In this document: in pieces, positions 24,431 to 35,366 of the stretch
Layout: each line of letters opens with the position of its first letter
How positions within the stretch are numbered: position 1 is the stretch's first letter
Source of the DNA: Squalus acanthias
Taxonomy: Eukaryota
Assembly: GCA_030390025.1 (NCBI GenBank)
Contig: CM059440.1
Coordinates: forward strand, 23,932,001-23,996,000
Direction: 5' to 3'
DNA: 64,000 bases
Notes under the pieces: generated by a model
Told to the model about the DNA's origin: nothing
The model's database searches: none
What the model saw: only the letters and a program-made list of their open reading frames with translations
Translations under genes and position numbers: made by a program

Positions 24431-27400
24431 GCCCCTCCTCAAAACCTTTGTCTTGGCATGAAGGTATTTCACTTTACCAACTCCGCTAAGAAGCCACTCT
24501 CACAAACCCCCTCCTGCTCTTTATATACCTTGTTTTTGTAGTGGCAAATGGAAGAAACTGAGTTTTGCTCTCTTTGGTATATACAGACTGAATTTACACT
24601 GGAACAAATCCGTCTTTCCTGGTGGGTTGTTTGTTCATAATTTTGTGAAGTTTTTAAGAATACAAGCTGGTGGGTTCCACACTGTGAATTAACATTGCTG
24701 CCAGCAGGCTGATTCTGTACTGGTCTCATCCTAGATATTAATCCTGTTGGTTTAGTTAAAAAGTGAAATCCATCATGTTTTAGATCAGCGCTGCGGGGAG
24801 ACAGTGTATTTGTGTCTTTCATGGAAGTTGTCCACGGGTTAGGTGAAGACTGTCCTTGGTAATTTTATGTATTGGGCCTGTGTGCATTACAGAGCCAACA
24901 ATCTGATGTATAGTATTGTGAATGTTGAATGCTGGATATTCCACAACACAATTAGTGAAATCTATAAAATCATTTACTGCTTAAAAAAAACTCATTACTA
25001 AACTTGCCTTTAGGTGACCCTTGAGATAAAGCATTCCTTGAACGTGTTCATCTCTAATTTTGATTTTTTTTTTAAAATGCTGACTGCAATTCAGACTAGT
25101 ATTACACACCGCAAAACCCTGTGGTATTTCAAAATATAATTCAGCTGACGGCAGTTAGGTTAACTTTCATCTAATTTGAGCATTGTCGAAACTGAAACTT
25201 CCTGGAGCAAATCGCTGGATATTGCCGTTAATAACTGCTTCATCATGATCACTGATGGGTTCAGTTGGAGAATAAGGTTTAGATTGGTAAAGGGCTGCAG
25301 CACAACAGTGGCTGTGGAAATGGAGAAGATCTTAATGAGAGAAATAATGTCAGTGAGGTGCAGTCAGTCTTTACCACGTGTTTGGGGAATAGCTGGCCTT
25401 TTAATTCTGATGTGCTATTTGCAAATATGCACCCGTTAGAAACAAGGTGCTGTTTGTTCATCCTCACTCATCTGAAATATTTTGGTATAATGAAGAACTG
25501 CTAGCTATAGCGACTAGTTAATTGTTTAAAGGGTAAGTTTAAGTCTTAATCTGCAAAGTACTCTCAAATTTGAAACTGCTCTTTTATTAATCTTCAACCA
25601 CTGGCTGACATAACCCAGATTGCCAGCGACCAGATGAAGCTAAAACAGTCTGACTTTGTTATGCCGGTGGCCAGAAAGGGTTGATTTTTTTTCCTCGATC
25701 TTAACACTTGTTGGCGGTCTAATGGTGCCTTGTAAAAGTACTGCACCAGCAGCGGGTAATTTAGGCAGGCCCTCTGACATCACCATGTACGTGCCCTGTC
25801 CCATCTATGTTTTGCATGCTGTGACATTACCAACTGATGACATCATGACACAGTTGGCTTGCTTATGTATTGTGCCCCAATTGTCACAACCAGTAATGTG
25901 TGCGGTTCCCCTTTGTCACCAGTTCACATAGAGCCCGGCCGCATAACTTTAAAGCAGGAGATTGGCACTCTTGGGCTGCTCTCACTAAACCCAGCCTATA
26001 ATGTGCAAGTTCCTCTATAATGAAAGAAAGACAGATGTAGCAAAATCTGGTTTTTGACATTTTTTTAAATAGCATCTATCTTTTTCCAGTATATAGAAGA
26101 GTGCTTTTATTTTTTTTTTTAAAAAGTGCACCTCCTAGATTTGGCTTCCCCTTTAAATCTGGTGTACTCTTGAGATTACACAGCAATCAGGTGGTTAATA
26201 TTAATTAAAGTGGTATTATTTGGGTAACTAACTGCACTGAAGGGCTCTCTTAGAGTGAATAATGGACGCATTGTTCAGAAAGCTTTTTAAGAGGATGGCT
26301 GTTTTCTTCTTTCCTTATGGTTTTCTTTATGCTCCTTATGTAGTGTGACTTTTTTTGTTCAATGAATACAGCATTACCTTTTCCAGCTGCACGCTTTCCA
26401 GCACTATTGGATTTGTACCACACAATTAGAACAGCTGAAACTTGCCCCAGAGAATCCTGGTTTGTTTTTTGTTGCAGTGTGGTCCGGATGTAAAACTGCA
26501 GAGCAGGTCATCCTGTGTTTCTGCTGGCTTCCAGCAGTAGAGACAGTCAGGTGAACAGCTAAGCAAAATATCAAAATTCTTTACAAATGCAAATGTGGTT
26601 GTGGCAGATGTTTGCATGTCTTTGTTACCTTTGCTTATCCAGAATGGAATTTGAAATTTGAAACCTGCTGCTTTCTTGTCAAGACAGTGGCGTTTTATCA
26701 AATTAAACCGTCTTAGTGACTATTCTGCTCAAATCTGCTGGCTTGAAAAGTTTTAATTTTCTTCCCGTATGTCACTACACCTTGAGTTCTTCCGAACAGT
26801 TTTTAACTCCCTAATCTCCCAGCTCAATGATTGGACTTGTATTCTTCTTTATATGGCACCCTCCACATTCTTCAACCTGTCAAATATAGACGCCCATCAT
26901 TGGGATAAAATTGACCCCTCTTTCTCTTCCCTCGTTTCTCTGTGTCCCCCCAAAAAGAAAGAACTTGTGTTTACTCCGTGCCTTCTCATGCAGGAGGCAG
27001 CGTGTTTGGCCTGCATTCGCTCAAATTTGACTCGAGCAATCTAATGAAGGAAACGTTGATGCTAATTCCTTGTTTTGGTATTGTATTAAGGGACAACTGC
27101 TAATGCTCTCTAATTTTTACACACATCCATTTGTCAGTTTTTCCATTTCACAGAGTACTGAAACAGAGTGGCATTATGCTGTGCTGGAAATGACAAAATG
27201 AAAAAATCACAAAATACCTTTCAGCAGCGGTGACTCATATTAAAGGTTCTCGATCTGTCATTCACTAAATAGGGTAACCGCATCATGGAGAAATGCAAAA
27301 ATGGGGAACTTTGTATGAATGTATTTTTTTTATCCAATGCAGCTATAATGTGCTTTTCCCTCAGCTATTTTTTAACAAACTTATTTAGGACCTATCTAGT

Positions 27401-27442
27401 GAACATAATCCACAGGCAGTATGATAAAGTAACTGAAACATT

Positions 27443-28190
27443 GGCCCAGAAATTAAACATCGATGGTTCCCACGGGGGTAAGGATTCCCCGCGATATCGC
27501 ACTCCGCGCCTACCTTTTTGTTTGGGGCCCACACGAACTTTAGTTTCAGGGCCTCTTCTCCCTGTTGCAACCGTGCAGTGCTTGCGTGTCCCAGAGGCGC
27601 AATTAGTTCGTGCGAGCTCTGGGATCACGTGATTCAGTTAGAGCCAATGGCAGCACACCATCTTTCATTCATAGTTTTGACAGCAAGGGCTGTCAAAGCT
27701 ATGAATACTACAAGCCCCCAAAAGAGCAGCTAAACCTCAATTTAAAAAAAAAAAGCCATCACATTAATAAAATAAGTATAGTTAAATAAATTAACCACTT
27801 TAAACAAAAAATTAAATTTTTGAAAAAATTTAAAATCTTTTTAAAAGTTATAAAAATAAACTTACCTTTAAAGTCTCTAAAAAAGATAAACCTGTTGAAA
27901 AAAATTTAAAATAACACTTAATTAACTACTTACCTTGTTAAAAGGGGGTCCTACGCCTGCTTTCTTTGTGTAAAATCTTCACCACTTACCTGCGCGTTCA
28001 AACCTGGAAAAAAAACTAAGTGCACTGCGTGCGCACAGCCTGTAGTGTGCACGCAGTTCACTTAGGAACCACCCCCTTTGCAATACACGAAGTGCCGGTT
28101 TCCCGCGCATGCAGGAAACCGGCAATTCGGGACCTAATACGTGAGAGTACACAGTGCGTACTCTCGCGTATTAGGTCTAATTTTCGGGCC
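27443..28190 (-). mobile_element. 748-bp PIF/Harbinger-like MITE, copy 1 (strand arbitrary, inverted relative to copy 2)
   Basis: TIRs ggcccagaaatt / aattttcgggcc. TSD ATT on both sides. GC-rich hairpin ends with an AT-rich core. Confidence 0.85.
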
Positions 28191-28482
28191 ATTGTATCTA
28201 TAAATAGTAACATGAACATTTTATTTTAAGATTCACTAGTTTATTGCAGTCTTGCCATCTTAAAAATGCTATGGATGAATGCAGGCTCTGCCAATCGACT
28301 GCATGTTTTGTGTTGGTGCCCTGTTTTTTTGGAAGGGCTGCTCTGCAGATTACATCTTGCTGAAGGTCCCTTGGGGTGGCACTAAGACTAATGTCAGTTT
28401 GGTGAATGGGATTTTTAAACATTTTTCAAAGCAGTTTAAATGAAGTTGGAAATGTCATTGTTTATCCCAGCAAAGGGTTTAA

Positions 28483-28980
28483 AGAACATAACATAAGAAA
28501 TAGGAGCAGGAATAGGCCACTTGGCCCCTCGAGCCTGCTCCGCCATTCAATAAGATCATGGCTGATCTTGGGCTCAAAGCCACTTCCCAGCCCGCTCCCC
28601 ATAACCCTTCACTCCCTTATCTTGCAAAAATTTGTCTATCTCCACTTTAAATGTATTTAATGAACCAGCCTCCGCAGCTCTCTGGGGCAGAGAATTCCAC
28701 AAATTTACGACCCTCAGAGAAGTAGTTCCTCCTCATCTCAGTTCTAAAAGCGCGACCCTTTATTCTGAGACTGTGCCCCCGAGTTCTAGATTTCCCCATG
28801 AGGGGAAAACATCCTCTCTGCATCTACCCTGTCGAGCCCCCTCAGTATCTTATATGTTTCGACAAGATCACCTCTCATTCTTCTAAATTCCAATGAGTAT
28901 AGGCCCAGCCTGCTCAACCTTTCCTCATCAGTCAAACCCCTCATCTCTGGAATTAACCTCGTGAATCGTCTCTGAACTGC
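28483..28980 (-). mobile_element. Young 5'-truncated CR1 LINE 3' end
   Basis: Reverse ORF AVQRRFTRLIPEMRGL...RRMRGDLVETYKIL. Tail (aacataag)n. Confidence 0.92.
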
Positions 28981-29077
28981 AGAACAAATGTTAAAGCAGG
29001 ACTTCAGGCAGTGATCCTGCAGAGACAACCCACTTTTCATAGTCAAGTTGCCATTAGGGGTATGGTAATCAAGGGAA

Positions 29078-29301
29078 ATTGCACACAGTACAAACTCCGT
29101 GATCCTAAATACATACTGATTGCATACAGTACAATCTGATCTTAAATCCATACAGATTGTATACAATATGAATCCTGTGATCTTAAATACATTGCATCCA
29201 GTATAAATTCTGATCCTAAATACATACACATTGCATCCAATAAGAACCGTCTGATCCCAAATACATAGATTGCATCCAGTACAAGCTCTGATCCTAAATA
29301 C
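29078..29301. repeat. Six-unit ~35-41 bp minisatellite
   Basis: Consensus approximately attgcatccagtacaa..ctgatcctaaatacatac. Confidence 0.85.
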
Positions 29302-29793
29302 TTTCCTTTGGTAACATTCCTTCACAGTTTGACCTCGGCTTTATGACTCCATTCAGAAATCTGGAATACATACTCTAAATCCCCTAGGTGTATTTTAAAT
29401 TGCTTTTCAAACAGCTCTGTATACTGTAGCAGCTCACGATGAGACCATGCAAGGGCATAATAAAAAATATAGTGGGATAAGTTTATAAAACACTCGTCTG
29501 AATGTCCGGTTCTACTTACATCAGATATTAAAACTCCATGCAGCTGTTGTAGGTCCGCACAGAATCTCAGGTGTGCTGGCGTGCAGCTAAGATGTGGTTT
29601 TTCCAAACACAATCTTCCACATATTATCTCATGTCAGCCATATTGCTGTGCCAAGATGACCAGGAGTATTTGACCGGAGGGCTGGCAGCAGGTTGCTACC
29701 CCTCTCCGCTGGAGATGCTGGGTGCTGTGGAAAGAGACAAGGAAGCAGGCTGTGTGTGAAATATCATAGAATATAATTATGTGAAACAAACTA

Positions 29794-30110
29794 CAGGAAA
29801 CTCTTTATTAACCGGCACCGACGGGACTGACGTGGTGCCGGTTGATCAAAAAGTCCGGATTACAGAGAGGTATACTTACCAAGGTACGAGAGCCCCGTAC
29901 ACGGCCACAGGTGCAGGAGCCCCGGTCACATTAAAGAATTTTCTTTTGAGTAGCCAGAATAAAATTTTAAACTACACGTTTTTTGATTTAAAAAGTACTA
30001 TGTACAAACCTTAACCGTTGGTCTCACAGTTACACGGCCACTAATATATAGTAAAACTTACCTGAACCTACTCCTGAATTTTGCCGGTTAAGAGAGATTT
30101 CCGGATATTT
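29794..30110 (+). mobile_element. pogo/Tigger-like MITE lacking the outer part of its right TIR
   Basis: ta|caggaaactctt...accggcacc start resembles 42701. Subterminal ttttgccggttaag..ttccggatattt is present, then homology stops. Confidence 0.75.
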
Positions 30111-31542
30111 AGAAAACTTTGTGCCAGCTATTACTCATTGTTTTCCTTTTCATTTCTAGTTATGTTTAATGGAATAATTGTATATTTGCCTGCTTTCTTG
30201 AAAAGCTGGAATGGAAGTAGTCTAACTTCTGGTAAACTTGAAGTTGTGCTACACAGCATTTTTTCCAGGTTGTTTTTTTTTAAAGTTCCCTACGTGCCAG
30301 TAGTATACAGCACAATTCTAGGTGGTCATACCAATTCCAGAACAACTGCACCAAAAACTCTGCCAATTTCTCCCCACAACGTGCCAGGAAGGTGGGGGCA
30401 TGGTCAATCCAGGTGGTGGTTTTACCCTTTTGTTTTTAGCTTAACCTCCCTGTAGTTAGTGACCGTATTGTACTTTGCATATACAAAAGTGTTTCCACTT
30501 AGTATATCTGCTGTAAATCTAAATCTGCAATTGACACAATCTGATAATTGAGAAGGGAGACACCTCCTGAAGAGTTGGTGCAACTACAGGAATGCAATTC
30601 TTTAAGATTTCACAAGATTTATTCGAAATAATGTTTTTTACATCATGCAATACTAAAATGTGACAAAATCTCATTGAAATTTAAATGTTTTTGTATAGGG
30701 ATTACAGTATACTGAATATTGGTGTGATTACTGTGTTATAATGCTTTGGCATGGCTGAGGTTCTTGGCTGATACCTTTTAGCTGTTGACTTCAATCTTCT
30801 ATGTACTAATTACGTAATGTGTAGAGACTTTTTAAAAAAAAAACTATTCTACAACATAATTTCTGTCCCCACCCTGGACCCTATCTTTCCAAAACAGTTG
30901 GAACAGACTTTTAATTTTTTTTGTTAACTGCCCCCTTCAAACATTTCCTATTTAAATGAATGTGCTACATTTTTCTTTTTTTTTTACATTTCTGGCCTGC
31001 CTCCTGTTGCCATCTGTGTCACTCCACAGCTTCATCAAGTTCACACCAGTCAATTGAGCCAAAAAGTTGGCAAGTAATTATAAATTGAACTCTGAAATGT
31101 TGTGTGTGTGTGTGCGCTCAAATAGAATAGATGCCTGAGGCTGGTGGTTTGCAGAACATAAATCACATGCATTGTGCCTGCCACAACTCGGTGATGTGGC
31201 TGGTAGTCCTTATTTTGGTTTTCCATAAACCGTCAGTCTGCTGTTGGGCTGCTGAGGGGGGAGTTTGAGTGTGTGGTGCATCATCAATACAGTGGGATTT
31301 AAAGTAGCTGTAGTTTGGGGAAGTGTACGACTCGTGCCCTCCAAGTTGAGACCAAATAAATTTTGTTTTATAGAGCAAATACAAGTTAGAATTTCATGTA
31401 CAGGATTCTTGGGGATTCACCTGTAACATTGTTCTTTCTGAATAGGAAAGTAGTTATGGTTTCAAAATGCCCCACCTGATGCTATGGTTTTGGGATGATG
31501 TGTGCATACTCATTCTGACACATTCCTGAGACTGGAACCATT

Positions 31543-31670
31543 TGGACTCCAGGGGAATCGAGGGATTATGGGGATCGGGCGGGAAAGTGGTCGAAGATCA
31601 GCCATGATCTTATTGAATGGTGGAGCAGGCTCGAGGGGCCGAGTGGCCTGCTCCTAATTCTTATGTTCTT
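31543..31670 (+). mobile_element. CR1 3' tail fragment
   Basis: gatcagccatgatcttattgaatggtggagcaggctcgaggggccg...cttatgttctt. Confidence 0.85.
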
Positions 31671-31959
31671 GCCACCTGCTGATGAGTAGTGAAAATAGGG
31701 ACAACTCATTACAGCAGAGGCTGAAAACATGAACTTGAATCACAGCTTCTTATCCTCAACCAGCAAAACATAAATCTAATTTCAAACTTACATGGAATCT
31801 TTACTTCCATGTGCCCAGAAAATATAAACACAGCAAAAGTCAGCTGGAAGGTGGTTCAGGGTGAGTCCCATGCATCAATGATTAGGACTTTATGAAGCAG
31901 TGCACAGTCTCGAGTGTAATGAATTGAAAAGACAAATTAAAACTAACCTCAGGAAAGAG

Positions 31960-32180
31960 GAAAGAACTTGTGCAGAACTTTATCAAGTCCTGAAGATTTT
32001 CCAAAGCACTTCACACCCATGAATGACTTCTTGGGTGTTGTTACTGTTATATAGGTAAATAAAGCCGCTGACCAACATGCTGCAAAGTCGCACAAACAGC
32101 AAATATGATGAATGACCAGTTAAAGTGTTTCTGATGGTGCTGCACTCCTTCTGTGCTGCACTGAAATGTCAGTCTAGATG
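31960..32180 (-). mobile_element. Decayed DeuSINE fragment
   Basis: Reverse similarity to 54020-54466 (ccaaagcacttcaca, cacaaacagcaa, aatgaccag). Confidence 0.55.
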
Positions 32181-32538
32181 GAGTGGAAGTTTCTAATCAA
32201 GATCTGGTCCCCCATTCCTGGCCCACTGGCTGTCCAACATATCAACAGCAACTTCCACATAAGCTGCACCTCAAGCACGCTACACCCCACCCAGATAAGG
32301 TAACTTCCAAAGTCCTGAGGGCACCACCAATACCTGCCTGACTCTGCCACTCTAAATACATTCCTGAGGGTTGTCCATAAACCCAGCCACGTAGTAAAGC
32401 TTACTTACTACAGTGTAACATGTAGACTTTATACCGTGAATGTAATGGTAACTATGCTGTACCCAAGAAGAAATTGCAATAGAGAGATGCCATTTCTGTT
32501 CCTCTGAACAGTGTAAATGGAGCTTTTGGCGCATTATT

Positions 32539-33300
32539 GGCCCGAAAATTAAACCTAATACGCGAGAGTATGCACTGTGTACTCTCGCGTATTAGGTCAC
32601 GAATTGCTGGTTTCCTGCATGCACTGCGCATGCGCGGGAAACCGGCACTTCGTGAATTGCAAAGGGGGCAGTTCCTAAGTGAACCGCGTGCGCGCTACAG
32701 GCTGCGCGCACGCAGTGCACTTAGTTTTTTTTTCAGGTTTGAACGCGCAGGTAAGTGGTGAAGATTTTACACACAAAGAAAGCAGGCGTAGGACCCCCTT
32801 TTAACAAGGTAAGTAGTTAATTAAGTGTTATTTAAAAAAAATTTCAACAGGTTTATCTTTTTTAGAGACTTTAAAGAAAGGTAAGTTTATTTTTATAACT
32901 GTTAAAGATTTTAAATTTTTTCAAAAATTTAATTTTTTGTTTAAAGTGGTTAATTTATTTAACTATACTTATTTTATTAATGTGATGGCTTTTTAAAAAA
33001 ATTTAATTGAGGTTTAGCTGTTCTTTTGGGGGTTTGTAGTATTCATAGCTTTGACAGCCCTTGCTGTCAAAACTATGAATGAAGATGGTGTGCTGCCATT
33101 GGCTCTAACTGAATCACGTGATCCCAGAGCTCGCACGAACTAATTGCGCCTCTGGGACACGCAAGCACTGCACAGTTGCAACAGGGAGAGGCTCTGAAAC
33201 TAAAGTTCGTGTGGGCCCCAAACAAAAAGGTAGGCGCGGAGTGCGATATCGCGGGGAATCCTTACCCCCGCGGGAACCATCGATGTTTAATTTCTGGGCC
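32539..33300 (+). mobile_element. 762-bp PIF/Harbinger-like MITE, copy 2
   Basis: TIRs ggcccgaaaatt / aatttctgggcc. TSD ATT on both sides. Near-exact reverse complement of 27443-28190. Confidence 0.85.
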
Positions 33301-34151
33301 ATTGTGATTTTGTCTTTGGGGAAGAGGATGGGGAAAGACATGTATCTTCTCCGTACCATACCTTTGATACATTGTTGGTGTTTGAGTGGTGAATTCAAAA
33401 TTGAAGAAATAACTATTGAGCATGCAATTTTCTTCAAGATTTAAAACTTTTTCCATTACCAAATGCATGTGATTTTGCAGATGTTGACTGCAAAAAACTT
33501 GTGTTTCAAAGGTCGCAAAATATAATGCATTAAATCATTTTGAAGAATGTAAAGTAGAAAAACGTGATTTTTAAATAAAGTTTGGAATCTAATTTTTTTT
33601 TTTGCAGGTCTCTATATAAAGCAACCCGTATAAAATTGTCTCAGGAAAAGAATTGTAATCTCATGGCCAGTGTACAGTGTTTCCTCCTTGTAAGCTATTT
33701 AGTGTTCCTCGTGCCCCTTTCCTTTGCAGACACCATACACAAAGCAGGAAAATGGAGTGACTGCACAACCCTGAATGTGAGACATTTTATTTCGCGGTTG
33801 CAGCAGTTTTTGCAGCAGAGCCTGAGATCCTGCTGTGTTTGGCCTGCTGTGATGTTCATTCAAGTAGATGAACTTGATTTTAGTCTTAAACATTTGTACA
33901 GTTCTGATGGGACCATTCTGAAAGTAGGAGCTTGTTCAATTTTACATTTGCAAGTATATGTATCATGCGTTTTTCAGAGAAAATTGTATTTCTCATTACT
34001 TGCAATGGTTTTAAAAGATGAGGAAACAGTTCATTGCTGTGTTTTAAATTATCATCAATCCTACTGAGTTTATGAAATGTAAAATGGAAAGTCTATACCA
34101 TACTTTGTTAAAATTGTTTCTAATGTGTCCTGCTTGATTTTTTGCAAACAG

Positions 34152-34273
34152 GTTCCAACTCTCTGTGAAGACCTATTATCATCAGTAGATCAGCCGCTAA
34201 AGATCGCCAGGGATAAAGTAGTGGGAAAGGATTACTTACTTTGTGACTATAATAGAGATGGTGACTCATACAG
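34152..34273 (+). CDS. CAPZB: CAPZB exon 3, [40 protein letters not shown](R)
   Basis: Acceptor aaacag|, donor |gtgaga, 122 nt. Continues the frame of the previous exon. Confidence 0.98.
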
Positions 34274-35230
34274 GTGAGATAATTGAAATGGAAAAAATCT
34301 TGTAGACATTTTGTTAACCAAAATACCAGCACAAACTTTGCAGCAGTTAACATTTTGGTACTTAACTCGGGTGTACAACTTGCGCCCCCTGCTCCATCCC
34401 CAACTAGAGCCCAGGTAATCCAGCCCTTGAAGCCCTGAGAACGCCGCTGCTATTTACGCTTGCATTTCTCACTCACTGATTTATCTGTTTGAATTTGATG
34501 GGCCTGTAAGTTTGGAAAGGAATTATTTTAGCACTGTTGGGTTGAAAGTTTGGAAAGGAATGTTGCATCATTGGTGGGTGAATCCTGAATCAGAATACCA
34601 AGGTCTTTTAGTGTCAGTAACTTGAGATATATGCAAATTAATGGCAACATTGATTTAAACTTCATATGTGCCCCTGACATGCATGTGACCCAAGGCGATG
34701 AAAGTTTGAATACCCCTAGCTTAAATTCTTTACATTGTTCCATTTTGAAGCCATTTGGAACTGTTCATATCTCAATGCAATCATAGTCTCTAGGAAGCCT
34801 TATTTTAGTTTTACTTGTTACTGATTCCACTGATACTTTACACCCAGACTTAAGTAAGAAAGAAAAGAAAAAGTGTGAGTGCTACCACTGAGCCAAGGCT
34901 GATACTAAGTAAGGCATGTTGCCCATCCAGGCAAAAAAAAAGTAGGAGCTCAGTGCCTGGGGTCGGGGATATGTTCCCTGTGGCATATACATGATGATAA
35001 TTGCAGTTTACCATGCCCATTGGATAAATTTATCCAATGGTAAGTCATTTGGGATGACTCCCTTACCAGCATGGACAAGGCTCTGTCACCAATTCATTAC
35101 CCTTGATATAGGGGTATTATCTGCAGTCCAAGGTATCTTACTCTTAAGGCATACCTGCTTTTAAATGTCTGGTCTTCCACTAGGCTTGTCAGTAACACTC
35201 TTGAGACCCTCTTTACAGAGAGATATCTCT

Positions 35231-35366
35231 CAAGTTCTGACGAAGGGGCATCGACCTGAAACGCTAACTCTGTTTCCCTCTCCGCAGATGCTGCCTGACC
35301 TGCTGAGTATTTCCAGCATTTTCTGTTTTTATTTCAGATTTCTAGCATCGGCAGTATTTTGCTTCT
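35231..35366 (+). mobile_element. Penelope-derived short insertion with an 11-bp TSD
   Basis: Matches the right arm of the 7767-7968 palindrome. Flanked by gagatatctct at 35220-35230 and 35367-35377. Confidence 0.8.

Noticed and set aside
29078-29301. Repeats of ~38 bp reminiscent of a CRISPR array
   Set aside because: The units are contiguous and degenerate, with no unique spacers. There are no cas genes and the context is a vertebrate intron, so this is a minisatellite.
27392-33444. Near-identical ORFs (MIPELARTNCASG...) at two loci
   Set aside because: A by-product of the inverted MITE copies. There are no transposase motifs, and the ORFs run out into unrelated flanks.
33582-34067. 161-aa ORF with a hydrophobic N-terminus upstream of exon 3
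   Set aside because: Non-ATG start, composition typical of AT-rich intron, no recognisable homology, and no splice link to CAPZB.
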